A DNA stretch of 64,000 nucleotides from the human T2T-CHM13v2.0 reference genome, Homo sapiens (GCA_009914755.4 CP068257.2:18912001-18976000), one strand, 5' to 3'. Numbered from the stretch's first letter, positions 1 to 15,782 are shown. The notes: generated by a model not told the origin, from the letters alone. Numbers and translations are program-made.

Positions 1-2514
1 TTTTTAGCAAAAGATAACAAAGCACAAGTATTGAGATTCTGGAAGGACATCACGCAAATGTTGTTGAAACATATATGGATTAAAATAATCTTACTGTGCT
101 CTGTTACTGGAGTTCATTATAAATATGGTCTCTAAAAGTAATGTTTAGGTTAACCCACAGTTAAAACAATGTATAATTCCAACATTTTTTCTCTCATTAA
201 AAAGAAAATTTAAATTGCCCTACTTTGCAAAGGTTATAAGAGTCTCATTTTGTTTGGCATCAAAAACTGCAAGAAAAGTCTACTACAAACTAACAAATAT
301 TTATTGGGCCTTTGTGATGTGCCAGCTTCAGCCAGTTATGGGAAAACAGATTCAAATATGTTTCTTGCTATTATGGGTCTTAAAGTGTACCTGGAGAGTA
401 AGTCAATGAAAGTAGGATAGCACTTCCTGCTATAATTGTTTGTGTGAATGTTTTGCATAAATTTGGGGGTATAGGCATAAAGGAACTGACGATAGTGACT
501 TTTTCAGAAAATTTCTCTATAGGCAGTGTGATTCATGAACAATACATAGGGATTATCTATACCATTTTAAAAATAGAAAGGAAGGCTTTTTGTTTGGAAT
601 GACCAATAGATTTGAAATAATATTACCCTTAGGATTATGACAATTAAGGCCATCTCACAAGCCTAGAGCAAATACTACCATTGGAAATAAGATGGAGGAA
701 GCAAGTAAAAACTAGATGATGAAATAACTTTGGTGCAAAGCTAATTACTGTGCAAATTATTATAAATATTATAGAGAATCATTAAAAGATTATAATGTCA
801 ATAAAGTTTTGGTCATTCTTGATGTGCCGATTTCTTCAGTGGTATATTATTAAAAGGGGAGACAGCTGAAATGCTTGGGGCCCACAACAAAGAAACACAT
901 TTGGATAGACAGAATGGAAAAATTTATCACAATGGTTTTCCATCTCTCTGTCCCCCTCCCAACACCCCGCTCACTAGTGAGAGTTACTTAAGAAAGAATA
1001 CAAAACTTGTTAATTTCTAAGTATCAGAAATAGAGAAGATAATCAATAACATTACAAAAAAATAGTTTGTAGCCTTAAAACTGCCATGTTTTAAGTTTCA
1101 TAATAACTGTTTCCTAGTATTAGCCAAAGATGTGACTAAATTGATAAAATATTAAGTAAGTATAAAAATACTTGAAAAGGCAAATAATTATACACACCTA
1201 AATTAAAAACATTGAGTAAGAACTAAGAGATCCTGCAGAAACTGATCTGTTTTGGCCTTATAAACTCTACATATATTCTTTTAAGAGGAGTTAAACTTCC
1301 TTTTGTAAACCCTGGACAGGACATGTGTACTATCGCAATGTTGTATGCAGATTAGAACATGCTGTCAGGCCTTGAGTTAATTGAGTTGCAACTTCCCAGG
1401 GAAGTTGAACCTGTCACTCTGACTCCACCAACTTATCTAGTGATGCCTAACAACTCAGGGCTAACAGGACACCCTGGCTGAAGAGTTAGTGCAGTTTCCT
1501 AAAGTGTTTACACTTGGTTTCTCACTGGAAAATCTGGCTCATCACACATCCAGAATGTATGAAGCAATTTAGATCTACAGACAATAGCCAGATGGGCTGC
1601 CTTGAAGAAAAAAAGTCTCTTGTTTACAGATAAAGTAAGGAGAGAAATGCCGCCTAAGGCCAAGTGCCCAAAAACTGCCTGGGCAAGCTTCAGGGGGCTA
1701 AATTCCCAAACTCAACCTGCTGTCTCCAGAGGGTAAATTTTTGTATTGGAATGTATTATAGAGTTCATGATAATTGTTTGTATTCTATTGAAGCAACAAC
1801 TCATTTTGCATGGATTAGGAAGCCCTTTACAGAGATATGCCATGAGGGAAAAAATTGCCTTTGATATAACAAATAAGCAGAATTAACCTTGAAATGAAGA
1901 TTATAATACATTACAGTGCTATGTAGAAAATATCAGAGAAGTCAGAAGTAACTCTGTGTAAAGAGTAAAAACCTTGACAAGACTAATTCTTTTTCATTTT
2001 TTTTTCCTAGAATAGAGATTTGTTTTTATTTTTCACTTTAAATGATGTAAGTATGAAAATAAATCTCATTTTTATATACTTAAAATCATACACTTTATGT
2101 CATTGAAATGAGACAGGTACATAACAAGGTATCTTACTCTTGTTTGTTTAGAAAAAAGAAAAACAATAGCATCTTACAAGAGCAGGGATAAAATAATAAA
2201 TGTCCTAGATGATGACTTGGATTTGAAAAATATTCAAATTTTATCTCGTTTCCTATATAAATCTTTGAACGTACTGCTCCATATCGAATTCTACATTGGT
2301 TTCTTCTCTTTCCATTTTAATGAGTCTTTTCTAGAAAGTCAAGATCTCTTGAGTTTGGGGAAATGTAATCAACTCAAAACTGTTCAACAGCACAGAACTT
2401 TGCAATGTTTATGGAGTGAAAGCACAGCCTGCTGCGATGAGTTATGTCTGTAAAAAAAAAAATTAAACTTTGATAATCCATAAGTCCTAGCCTGGGGGGG
2501 TACAAGCATATGTT

Positions 2515-2515
<1 letters not shown>

Positions 2516-2554
<39 letters not shown>
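2516..2554. repeat. (TG)n microsatellite (~19 units) preceded by A9
   Basis: Uninterrupted gtgtgt... run read directly in the sequence. Confidence 0.95.
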
Positions 2555-2555
<1 letters not shown>

Positions 2556-3712
2556 TTTTACATATACAAATATGTCTGTTAAAAAGTGGCCTGTATATCC
2601 AAAGTGTAAGCTAGGTATAAACCTTTGGGGTCTATAAATAGTATCTGGTAATGTGTTACAAAATGTAAGATATCACTATTATGAACTTTTCTTTTTTCGG
2701 GAAGAAACTGTCTACATCTGAGTTGAGTCTGTGAAATTAGTCATTGTAAAAGCAACTAGTTAAAAAGGCATTTACCTTTAATTATTTTATTTAAATTTCA
2801 ACCCATGACTAGTAAAGCAATGAAGAAAAGGTATTTTAAAGTTAAGAATACTTCTATCTTTATAAAGAAGTAGATACTATTCCAATCTCATTAGGAAAAA
2901 TAATCTGCACGCCTAGAGAAGCCTTAATCAGCATGTATTGAGCATCAACTAAGTGCAACATTTCTGTTAAGACACTGTTAAGGATCAACGAAGAAATAAA
3001 ACAGTATCTCCAAGAAAGTTGACTCTATACTTTCCCTGAGCATTAGAGTCAACTGGAAAGTCTTTCAGAATACCAATTTACGTTATCAGTCTAATGATTC
3101 TAAATCAGAATCATGTGGGTGTGGAAGTCAGGAATCAGATTCCCCAACTGATGGAGGTACAACCCAGCTAGAAAAATGCTATATTGGAGAGGTTCTTCCC
3201 AAATACCAGTGTTCATAAGAATCACTTGGGAATCTTGATAAAATACGTTTTCTTATGGAGTAGGTGTGGCTTCCACACAGAAATTCTGTGAGAAGCTACA
3301 TCCTCAATCAGCTCTACATGTTGACGTGAAGCTGTAATTTAAAATTTAGAGGACAGAAGAAACCATAAAGTAACCAAGTTAATTTAAAGTGATTCCAGAC
3401 TAATAGTGCACTAATGTCTGGCAGATGAAATATACCTTCCCTCTGTAGGAATCCACCACTATTTTGGCACTTGAATAATTCCCACAAATAAATTGTTAAA
3501 TAAAACAAAGACTTCAGGAATAACACTCTTTTAAAGTAGTGATCTCCTTTGCTGAAGTAGGAATAAACTGAGCTTTATTCTATGAACAGATCGTTTTGAT
3601 GGTTTTTGGGGGGAGGAATATTTAAAAACCTAAACTAAAAATCTGAACTGAAAAAATGACATTGGAAACTGTTCATAGTAAATGTTAAGTAAAAAAAAGA
3701 AGGCTACAAAAT

Positions 3713-3740
3713 TGTATATATATATATATATATATATATG
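3713..3740. repeat. (TA)n microsatellite
   Basis: tatatatatatatatatatatatatatg run. Confidence 0.9.
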
Positions 3741-6428
3741 GTGCAGTCCCATTTGCTTAAAAATATGTATATATAAAAAAGAGGTAAGAGCTAAAAATTC
3801 ACACACCAAATGTTAACTTGTCTCCAGGATAAATAAGCATGTACTACTTTTAATCAGAGACAAAAACCAGTGTGTTTTCAAAAAGTGGAGAGCTAAGTCT
3901 CTGTTCTAACTTCTTGCTATCATTGTTGACAATATGTTCATATTAATTCAGCACCATTTATGGCCTCTTAGCCAAGCATATCCTGTTTGTGACAGTATAA
4001 GTCATTGTAATGGAAAAGATTATGATGCACTGGCCTGATCTAAGACTTCACTGCATTCATCAGCCACAGGAGACAAAGACATGCACTTTTTTCATAATTT
4101 TTTTAGTAATAATTGACTATTAGAGAAAATGAATGGCACATAATAATTACGGGCAGACAAGATGGTCAGCAAATCAAACTGGGAAATGCAGTCTCAGTTT
4201 TATTAATGCGGTGATTTCAGAACATTACAAAGATATTATTGTTTTGTTCTCAGTCTACTCCTGAAATCACTGTTTTTACCAGAAGTTTCAAAATTCTTTG
4301 CTGACCGCAGTGACCCCCAATGTGTTTTTAATTCAAGAATCCAGTAATCCCACATCAAGGATTTGGTGCTGAACATTTTATGTTTAATAATATTCAGGGT
4401 CATTTTGAACTCCTCCCTGTGCACATAGCCAGTAATAATGCACGGTGATATTGCAGTAACATTTCTTGCCTCTGACTAGCTGCCTGCTGCCCAGGCATAA
4501 AATCTTAAAAGTTTTATTTTCCATTAAACTTGAAATATCAAAAAAAGGAGTCAGGACAGAAACATATTGACACATAAAAGACATGAAATTGCATAGGCCA
4601 CCAGAGGTTTTTAGGAAAACTGTGGATGTTGGAAAAGGTCTTTTAGAGCCTACACCTAAAGCCTTTCCTCTGATTCAGTGTCATAGGCAAAGAGTGCTTT
4701 TGCAATTTCATGGATAAAGGCTCAAGCAGAGAGAATTCAGATGTAGATCCTGAGGCACATGTGCCTGGGTTTCTCTACTTTTTTTTTGAATGATGTTAAA
4801 CCAAAAATAAGGAATTTATTACACAGGCAAAAACTAGAATGACAATTAGTTCCATTGCCAGATTTACAACACCAATCTGTGCATTTTGAAGAAGGCTAAC
4901 AAAAATAAAATAAATCTTATACTAAATTGTTGGCTTTGAGAAAACGAAAAATGGGAATGACCCTACTGCAGTCACTAAACACAGTAGGATAGATGGTTCT
5001 CTTGGGAAATATTCTTATAGATTATATAAACAGAAAGGACTTTGAAGAAAAAGATCAACCTACATTAATAAGCTAAAATTTAAAAATTGAGCGAGCAATG
5101 GAGGTGCTCAAAGGTAGAATCAGTAGCCTGATTTCTTGTTTCACCCTTAAACTCACAAAAAGACATCTCTCTAAATAATAAAGGACAATATTTCAAAATT
5201 ATTGCTGATAGAGGTAGACAAAGCTTACCATTACATAGTCTTTCTATGTATTCTAAATTTGTGGTGAGCTCTGAGACTGATTCTATTTTCCTACTTACAC
5301 TTCCAGCTCAGAAAAGACAAAAGATTTCTAAAGACAAGTGAACATGTTGTTCAAAGTTCAAACCTAGGCCATAATTTATCTCAAGGAAACATTTTTTTTC
5401 TCTTGAGACCATATAGACTATAAGTTTTCCAGGCCTGATAACCAAGAGAAAATTTGGAGTATTCTGGGATCTTACTAAAACCTGCAGGCAATGAGGTCCT
5501 AGGGTTTTCTGAAATATCCATAGCACCCATGACAGCCAAGTAGTCAGATACTTAATGAAACTGTAATACAAGTTGTGATAGAATAAGCATGGTCTCCATT
5601 CTTTCTGAAGGAAGCTACCTTGCACTTGGTTTTCTCCCCTGGCTAGCTTCCTATTGGTCACTTTCGTGTGTTCATGCAGTCAAGAATAGCTTATCCACCA
5701 TCACAAAAATCAATGTAAAAGTCTGAACCTAGCTCACTCTTGGACCCCAGAGAGAAAAATAATTTTCTTCCACTTCAATTTAGTCCTGCCTCAGTGAGCC
5801 CTCTGATACTGCCTCAGAATTAAATCTTCCCAGCTTATATGTTTGAGAAAATTCTAAACACTCCACAACCTCAAAGCTCAGTCAAGATAACAATATAATA
5901 GTTCAGCACTTCCTTTCTTGAAGTCAGTATTAGGTACTATTTTTTAAATCTCAGGTCATTCATTTATTTGCCCAGACTTCCCTTTATTATAGACCAAAAA
6001 AGATGTTTAAGCATGATTTGCAAAAATTTCCATCCAAATGCCACCTCTCTAAATATCTGCTTATGGAATTATACAATTTAAACATTCGAAGTTTTACAGA
6101 AACAGGAAAGACTATCTCCAGCATTATAATAAAAGTATTTATTTATTTATTCATTTTTTTAATTGTGTGGGTACAAGTAGGTGCATATATTTATGTGGTA
6201 CAAGGGATGTTTTGATACAGGCATGCAATGTGAAATGAGCACATCATAAAGAATGGCAGTATCCATCCCCTCAAGCATTTTTCCTTTGAGTTACAAACAG
6301 CCCAATTACACTGAAGTTATTTTAAAATATTCAATTAAATATACAATTAAGTTATAATTGACTATATAGTCAACCTTTTGTGCTATCAAATAGTAGGTCT
6401 TATGCATTTCTTCTAATTTTTTTTCCTA

Positions 6429-7001
<573 letters not shown>

Positions 7002-8339
7002 TTAAAATTTACACATATATATGTGTATATATATATTTTTTTTCTTTCTTATTTTTTCTTTCTGAGTTTAGATTTTGCAAGTTAGGGGGTGCATTGATAT
7101 TAATAATTATAACTCTTTTACAATTCTGAGGAAAATGTCAACGTCAGACCGTGCTGTCCATGCCTAGAACATGGGCCAGTCAAATGGATGATGCAAATTG
7201 AGACCCAAAGAGTGCAAGCGTGAAATCTATGAGTACATGAAGACACCTTGCCATGGCTTCAGGGAACCCATCTCAGATGGGTACTGTGTGAGAGTTGGTG
7301 GATCTCCTGAGTGGACCACTATTTTAGGTTGAGTTAGACAATAAACAGGTGCTACTGGGGGACAGTAGCATCAGCAAGTTGGTTGGAGAACACAGCAGAA
7401 ATTCAGGATCTGCTTCTGTCAGGGCAGATGAAGCCAAATCAGTAAGCAAAAGTTGCCAGGTTTTGAATCAACTGGAAAAGACAACTTAAATTATGAGTTC
7501 AGTCAAACATGGATTTCAGCTTGCACTGAGTATTACAGACCCAGTGAACGAGGCAAAGACATTTTGCAGAGCCAGGGGCCCTCTCTTTGCCAAGCACCCA
7601 ACACTTATGTGAAGGAGAGAAGCAGGTGCAAGTGTTAGAGAGGGATATGTAGCTGAGAGTCTGGATACTTTAATGAAACAAAGCCTTATATACAAAGACT
7701 GTTTAAATTAGTATCTGTGATAAATGTCACTAATGAAAACAGGGCGTTTCCATCTCCATTCTGGTTATGCAGCAGCATGCTGGAATCCAATTAACCATCC
7801 AATTGTAGTTTCTGAAGAAATCGACATAACAGGTTATAACAAGTTGAAAATGCTATTTTCTCCACATATCAGAGTTGTCATGAACAAATTTTGACACCCC
7901 TCTCTACAAGCTTTCATTATTGTTGCTTTTTCCACCTCTTACAATGAAAAAAACTCTACATAATTTAATTTAAATGCTTTCTCTAATTTAGTAGTAGGTT
8001 GCCAGCATTTAAGTAATGCCTAAGATACAATAGGTACAAAATTATCATTGTTAACTAAGGTAATCAATATTTATTGAAGATTTTTGCTCCTTCTCTTGTG
8101 AGTAACTCTTTTCTAGCATATGAACCTTGAAAATCAACCAGGAAAAGAATATTTCCACTAAAACTAAACACAGAAATGGAATACACATAAGGACACATAC
8201 GTCTCAAAATAAGGTTTGACAAAATAAATATCAATGGACAAAAATTCACAAATAATTTCTAAATTTACGCTCTCTATAAATACTAATAAATGAGAAAAAT
8301 TTCAGGCACTGATAAAACAGGAAAAAATGGGTACTTTTT

Positions 8340-8880
8340 AAAAAATATAATTTGGACTTTTATTTTAGATTCAAGGAATACATGTGCAGGTTTGTTAATA
8401 TGGGTATATTGCATAACACTGAGTTTTGGAGGCACAAATAATCCTGTCACCCACATAGTGAGCATAGTATCCAATAGGTAGTTTTTCAGCTCTTGTCCTC
8501 CTTCATCTATTCCCTGTTTAGTAGTTCTCAGTGTCTATTGTTCTCATCTTTATGTCTATGGATACCCAAGGCTAACTTTCAACTTATAAGTGCCTCCAAA
8601 ACTCAGTGTCGTGTAATAGACCCATATTAACAAACCTGCACATGTACTCCTTGAAACATCCACTTATAAGTGAGGTTAGCATTGGGTAGCCGTAGACATA
8701 AAGATGAGAACATGGTGTATTTGATTTCCTGTTCCTGTGTCAAGTCACTTGGAATAATAGCCTCCAGCTGCATCCAAGTTGCTGCTGCAAAGGACGTGGT
8801 TTCATTCTTTTTTATGGCTGCAGAGTATTCCGTGATGTGTATTTGCCATATTTTCTTTATCCATCCATAACACATGTTAT
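8340..8880 (-). mobile_element. L1 3'-end fragments (old L1P/L1M-like) carrying an internal inverted duplication
   Basis: Matches the L1 3'UTR/ORF2 end in reverse complement (acatgtgcaggtttgttaatatgggtatattgcat...; cacttataagtgag...ttttttatggctgcagagtattccgtgatgtgtatttgccatattttctttatccat). Segments 8380-8440 and 8590-8640, and 8538-8600 and 8660-8712, are reverse complements of each other. Confidence 0.75.
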
Positions 8881-10089
8881 TTTTAAATCTCAAACAGCTT
8901 ACAATCTGCATAGTGTACAATATATATGAGTAAACACTTGTGTAAGTATTGATAATTATCATTCACAGATTATTTAATACGTGTCTTACATTGTTCAGGA
9001 CATTCATACATATTTCCTCATTTAATTATTAATATGCTGTGATTTATTATTATTACTCCTACTTTTTAGATAGAAGCACTCAACAGTTGAGAGCCAAATA
9101 ATCTGCTAATATTACAGAGTGTAGAAATTTCACACCTGGTACTCAAACCCAGGCCATCAGACCTCAATGCCCTTCCTCTTAAAGTCTACCCCAGGAAATC
9201 AAAGAGAAAACTGAAAATTGGCCAGGAGCTAGAGGGAATATTACATACAGTGCAACACTGTCATACGGCTGACTTCTTAGAAGTAATGGAGACTAAAATT
9301 TAACAAAATAACATATTTAGAGTTCTAAAAGATTATTTTGTAATCTGTCAACCCAGAACTATCTATCTAGTGGGACAATCCTTTCAAATGAAGCTAAAAC
9401 AAAAGCATTTTCAAACAAAAATGCCTCAGAGATTTTGCACTCAACAGACAGGAACTACAAAAAATGGTCAATGAGAATCTTCAGAAAGAAGGGAAATGAT
9501 ATATGATAGAATGCAGATCTTCCAGAAAAAAAAGATTGCTAGGAAACTGAAAATTGAGGCTGCCTATACATTACCTTGTAATTATTTTTATGAATGATTT
9601 TATGTGTGTGTATATAAAAATGAAGATGTATTAAAAGATGAAGAGAAAGAATTTAAAATGAATACAAAATAGGTGAAACCAATACAATATTTGTGTATGT
9701 TAGATACGTATTCAAATATGCCAATATTTGTATTAAAATTAAATATTAAAATAGGTTTAAAATATATGGGGGAGAATAAAAAACGTAAATTATGCTCATA
9801 AAAGATACCAGAAGCAATTTTGGAAAAGGTAAATTGAAAGACCCCTAAAAGGTATAATTGTTTCAATTATAGCTTCCTTGGGATTATCAAGGCAGTGCTA
9901 TATTGAAATGTATATAAGGAAAAAGGAGCTAGGAATTATAGATTGTTTTTTCAAATAATAGCTTTTTAGAATTTTTAGTGGAGAGAATAGAAATAACATA
10001 ATAGTTCAAGGAGATAATATGGTCAAAATAGAACATTTTATAAAGTAAAATTCCTGAATGATTTTATATGTACGTTTATTTTTTTTAAA

Positions 10090-10390
10090 GTCTGTCCACA
10101 GTGTCTCATGCCTGTAATCCCAGCACTTTGAGATGGTATAGATGGGAGCATCACTTAAGCCCAAGAGTTTGAGACCAGCCTGGGCAACATGGAGAGACCC
10201 TGTCTCTACAAAAAATAAACATTATCTGAGGGTGGTGACACACACCTGTAGTCCCAGCTACTTGAGAGGCTGAGAGAGAAGAGTCCTTTGAGTCCCAGAG
10301 TTCAAGGCTGACATGGCTATAATCAAGCTACTGTACTCCAGCCTGGGTGACAGAGCAAGGCAATGTCTTAAAAAAGAAAAAAAAAAAAAT
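10090..10390 (+). mobile_element. Alu SINE
   Basis: ...gtgtctcatgcctgtaatcccagcactttgag...ctgtactccagcctgggtgacagagcaagg... followed by A-rich tail. Confidence 0.9.
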
Positions 10391-10820
10391 ATTGGAAAAT
10401 GAGTAATTGGATATACAAATATGGAAGTAGTAAGAATTGTTGAAATAAATGGTTAAAGAATACAAGATTCTTTATAATGAAAACCATGTGTAGAAGAGAT
10501 TTAATTTGCCCATAGTTGAAATAATATTTGTCTTTATGATAGCAGCATAAAGACAGATAAAAAATAATATCCATTTGGATGTGGAAGAGAGGAATTTGGG
10601 GAGGTTTGATACTAAGTCATGAGATATTGGGTCATCTGCTGAGAAGTTTCAAGCAGGGGCAAAAGGGAAACTCCTTGAGGTTATGAGAGGGATCCGTTTA
10701 GAAGTACTATTTTGACATGGGAGCAGCAGCTATGTGTGTAATATATATAAGTATTTCATTTTCAATATGTTTAAATATGCTCAAACAATTCTTTGAAACA
10801 ATTACAATTGAACCCTACTA

Positions 10821-11135
10821 GGCCAGGCTCCAGCCTGTAATCCCAGAACTTTGGAAGGCCGTGGCAGGTGGATCACCTGAGCTCAGGAGTTCATGACCAG
10901 CCTGGGCAACATGGTGAAACCCCCTAAATCCTGTCTCTACAAAAAGTAAAAAATTAGTTGGGCATGGTGTTGTGCGCCTGTAGTCCCAGCTACTGGGAAG
11001 GCTGAGGTGGGAGGATCGCTTGAGCGCGGGAGGTCAAGGCCTCAGTGGACCGTGATTGTAACACTGCACTCAAACGTGGGCAACAGAGTGAGACCCTGTC
11101 TTATAAAAAAACAATAACAACAACTACAACAAAAC
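10821..11135 (+). mobile_element. Alu SINE
   Basis: ggccaggctccagcctgtaatcccagaactttggaaggccgtggcaggtggatcacctgag...gagaccctgtcttataaaaaaacaataacaacaac tail. Confidence 0.9.
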
Positions 11136-12355
11136 ACAGTTAAACCTTACTTGAAGAAAAAGGAAAATGGAGCATAGAAAGGTTGAATGGTTTACATAAG
11201 TTAACTAGAAAATAAGTAGTAGAGTCAAGGTTTTGAACTCAAGACTCAACGTTGGGAGAGCGAGAATACAGGGTCTCTCTCTGAGTCATAGGCTTTTACC
11301 CAGACTTTCTTTTAAACCAGGCTGCTGGGTGAGAAAGCACCATCTACTGGTGTTTTGGGCAGACTAAGTATTCCTTGTGCCAGATCGTTTCATGCCTTGC
11401 AGAATGTGTAACATCCTACTATATTTCAGAACCACCCTCTTACTCACTGTGAAAAAGAGAACATTTTCTAAATTCTCTCCTTTTGGTGATATTGCCACAG
11501 GCAGAAAATTATTCCAAATGTTTCTATAGCCCAGGGCCCTCTGCCCTCAGGTGCATTCCTGAAGGCAGAGGAAGAAACAAGCCCCACTGAACCCAAACTT
11601 CTTAATTTACCCTACTCTCATTCACATATTTCTTTTTCATATCTTCTGCTCTCTTGAGGCGGCTTTTACATTCTTCCCCAGAATGTAATTACAGAGCATG
11701 CCAGAGAAAACAACCAATAAAGGGACTGAAAAATATTATCCATATGGATACAGGTCTGTCAAATCATTGGTCATCCAATTAAAAGATAATCTCCCCTACA
11801 AGAGTCTGGAAACATGTATGCCTCCATTCAATTCTTATTATTACAAGTTGTACCAAGTATAGGCAAAATTACAAATGCTAAATATATGTAAGGCAAGAAT
11901 GTATTGCACATTCCGTGACATGCTGCCTGATTTTCATACGATTCCATGAAATACTCTATTTTGAGCTTTATATTTTCTTAGTAGCTGCCTTTTAAACATC
12001 TGTCCTTGTAGTTCATACTGAAGGTTTTAAATTGAGGAACTAGTAACACAGTAATTGGGGACAAAACGACAACATTTCCTACATGGAGGATAAAATAGAA
12101 TTCCTGGTTCCCTGTGCAATACAATTTGATATCCATTCCACTCAACACACGCAGACATATACAGGCCATACAAATTGATACACTCACCCTTTGGCCAGAG
12201 AAAATCAGCGTTAATATTGTCCATTTCACCGCTGTTCAACATGCACGACAGACGAATTTTTGGGTGTCATTGTTATTCACCAGATTGTTTCTATTAGATG
12301 TTACTTTGCGTATCTATAGTGCCTAAGAAACCACAAAAATAGGACCTCCTAGGAG

Positions 12356-12433
12356 AAGGTTGGTGCAAAAGGAATTGCAGTTTTTGCCACTATTTTTAAT
12401 GGTGGAAACCGCAACTGCTTTGCATCAACCTAG
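12356..12433. mobile_element. MADE1 (Hsmar1-derived MITE), ~80 bp palindromic element
   Basis: aaggttggtgcaaaaggaattgcagtttttgccactatttttaatggtggaaaccgcaactgctttgcatcaacctag, compared with the MADE1 consensus ttaggttggtgcaaaagtaattgcggtttttgccattaaaagtaatggcaaaaaccgcaattacttttgcaccaacctaa (from memory). Confidence 0.7.
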
Positions 12434-12741
12434 TAACAACCATTGTAATATGTTGGCGATTTTATGGACCAGAAATCTGTGCAAACCACCACAGAGAGGA
12501 CTCAGCTCGGTTCCACAATGACTGAGCTTAGGTGGTTCAAACAAGTGGAAATGACTGTCATGGCTTACTGAGGACCATAGATATGAAGTCTTAGTTTTGG
12601 CTGTTTGTTGATCCAAAATGTCTTCTTCAATCACATGTCTGACATCTGGGCTAGGCTAGCTGGACAAGTGGAGGTTGACTGGGCAACTTTTTGTCTTTGA
12701 ACGGTACAAGTCTCAAGGTTGTTGGACTCTTTACATCATGA

Positions 12742-13126
<385 letters not shown>

Positions 13127-15485
13127 TACAAGGCTTCTTATAAAGTAGCTTTGGAAATCTCAGAATGTCCTTTTCCACAAATTCAATTAATCAAGTAAAC
13201 AAGGCAAACCCAGATTCAAAGGGAGTAGAATTAGACTCCACCTCTTAATGGGAGAAGTAGCAATAATTTGAGGCCATCTGTAACATCCGTGGCAGACTCT
13301 GATATGTTTTACTGGCTCAGAACACACAGTGTTGAAGAAAAGTATAATCAGCTTGATTACACAGCTGTCATAGTTTAATTCATGCAAATCATACTAAAAT
13401 ACTTCCACAGGTTGGTTCCTTTTCTGTCCCTGATTCTACCCTGGGTTTTGTGTTATCAAATGACTCACATCAGCCAACAATTAAAATTTTTCCCCTCCTC
13501 TCACTTCTCACTATTAAACAGGTTTTATCTCATGTAAAACTGTTAGTCAAATGTAATTCATTTTTATTGTAACTTTATACCCAGGGTTTTATAGGCACTA
13601 TGTCTTTGAAACTATTAGTAGACATATATGATTTTCCTGAATTCCCATCAAACGCTGTTTCTATATCATATCTTTTTTTTTCTTAATAAGATGGAGGAGA
13701 TACATAAGGTCTCAATGAAAATGACAAAATTTAGGAGGCTGTAGGAAAATAAAAGCAAACACAGAAGCAGGAGAAAAAGAATGAAATAAATAAAGGAGTG
13801 ATGTTGGGTGTTATGTTCCGTCATTACTTGTCAATTTAACTAACTGGCTCAAAAAGCATTATTTTAATATCAACTAATTAAATGTATTCTGTGTATAGTA
13901 CTCAGTTGCTCTAATTTTTGAAATGCATAGAGACAAAATTTTTGAGAAACTATATTTTACAATTTTAACAGATTATAAAATACAAGCTCTTTTAAACATT
14001 ACCATGAGATTACCTGCTTTTTAAAATCATAAAATTTCTTAATTTAAATTCCTCTGGGTGGAATTTAATGTATTAACAGCCAACTGATGGAAGGAGAAAA
14101 GAAAGGGAGCAAAGGCAGTGCAACATATTTTCCATTTCAATTTAAGAAAAGTTTTACTTAGAGTTGTTATCAAGATAATACTCCACAGACTTGTTAAACA
14201 ATTATGGCAAAACAATTTGAGTAGCAGAAGTGTATCCAGGATACTGCAAAACAAATTATATGGCTTTCCTATTGAGAATATATTAATAGGTTTAGAAGTG
14301 GTAAGCTCTAGATATATTGAGGCAAAAAGAAAAAAATCATGATAATGATATTCATCCTCACGTACTTTATTATTTCATTTTGTAGAGATCAAAATGAATA
14401 CATATAACTAAGCTTTATTTTATGAGTATTTCTTACTTTACCAATTGATAACTGTCAAAATTATGTAATTCAATATTTAGTTAGTCTATAAGCTTTCTGG
14501 TAGTTTTTTCATAGGAAATTCAGTACTGATATGCTCTTGGTCCATTTAATCCAGATTTTATCATATAAAGGTAAAAAAATCAGAGAATATATGAAAAACA
14601 ATACTTATTTGATAAATTGTCTTTCTCACCAGTAGAACAAAATGCATTTGATTCATAAACATGGAAAGGAATACAGATATAAGCAAATATGCATACACAC
14701 ATATCCATAGTTACATAACTAGATAGAAATGATTATATATCTCGCAATTTTTAAGTGATGAGAAAAGCCCTATTATAATGTGCCCAACAGTTGAGATTGT
14801 TGTTTCGCTTTTTCTACTGTGAAATAAAAGACAGATATTTTTCAGCATAATACAACTCTTCCATTTACTTAACAATTTTCAGTTATTAGAAGCAGATGGT
14901 GTTTTGGTGGTAAACACAATTAATTTACATTTTAGAGAATTTACTTAATTAGAATTGGACTCCATGTCTCGCATACATTGGATTTCATCATTATACATAC
15001 TGTTTATAATTCTGCCGGCTGTCATAAATGTACACTTATTTTTTCAATTCATAAAAATATAACTTCTAAAAAGGAGATAATCTATCCATTTTCCTGCATA
15101 ACCTGAAAATAAAATACATTGTTTCAAAATTTCATTTTAAAAGATGTTTGAGCCATCAATTTATCTTGTTTTAAAGTGCGTGAAGAAGTCAAAGTATGTA
15201 CAACTTTAAGTACATATCTCCATTTTATATCTCTTCAATGTTAATGTATTTTTTTAGTTCTAAAATGTTAACTGAAGTATTTCATACTTTATAGATCTAT
15301 AAAAATACTATTGATGACAAAAACATGCTTATTGAACCATGAAAACATTTCCAATTTATTCAGTTTATTTCCCCAAAATGTTACCAAAGTATATTTATAT
15401 AGTCTGATGATAAGTAAACACTCTACCCAATTTCAGATGTTGGTTCTGTAAAATGTTATTCATTGAAATGACTGATGTTTTACAC

Positions 15486-15782
15486 TTTTTTTTCTTTTTT
15501 GAGACTGAGTCTCACTCTGTTGCCCTGGCTGGAGTGCAGTGGCATGATCTCAGCTTACTGCAACCTCCGCCTCCTGGATACAAGTGATTTCTCCTGCCTC
15601 AGTCTCCCAAGTAGCTGGGATTACAGGAGTGCAACACCACGCCCAGTTAATTTTTGTGTTTTTAGTAGAGACGGGGTTTCACCATGTTGGCCAGGAGGGT
15701 CTGAAACTCCTGACTTTAGGTGATCCGCCTGCCTCGACCTCCCAAAGTGCTGGGATTACAGGTGTGAGCCACCACGCCCAAC
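15486..15782 (-). mobile_element. Alu SINE (reverse orientation)
   Basis: ttttttcttttttgagactgagtctcactctgttgccctggctggagtgcagtggcatgatctcagc...gtgtgagccaccacgcccaacc. Confidence 0.9.
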
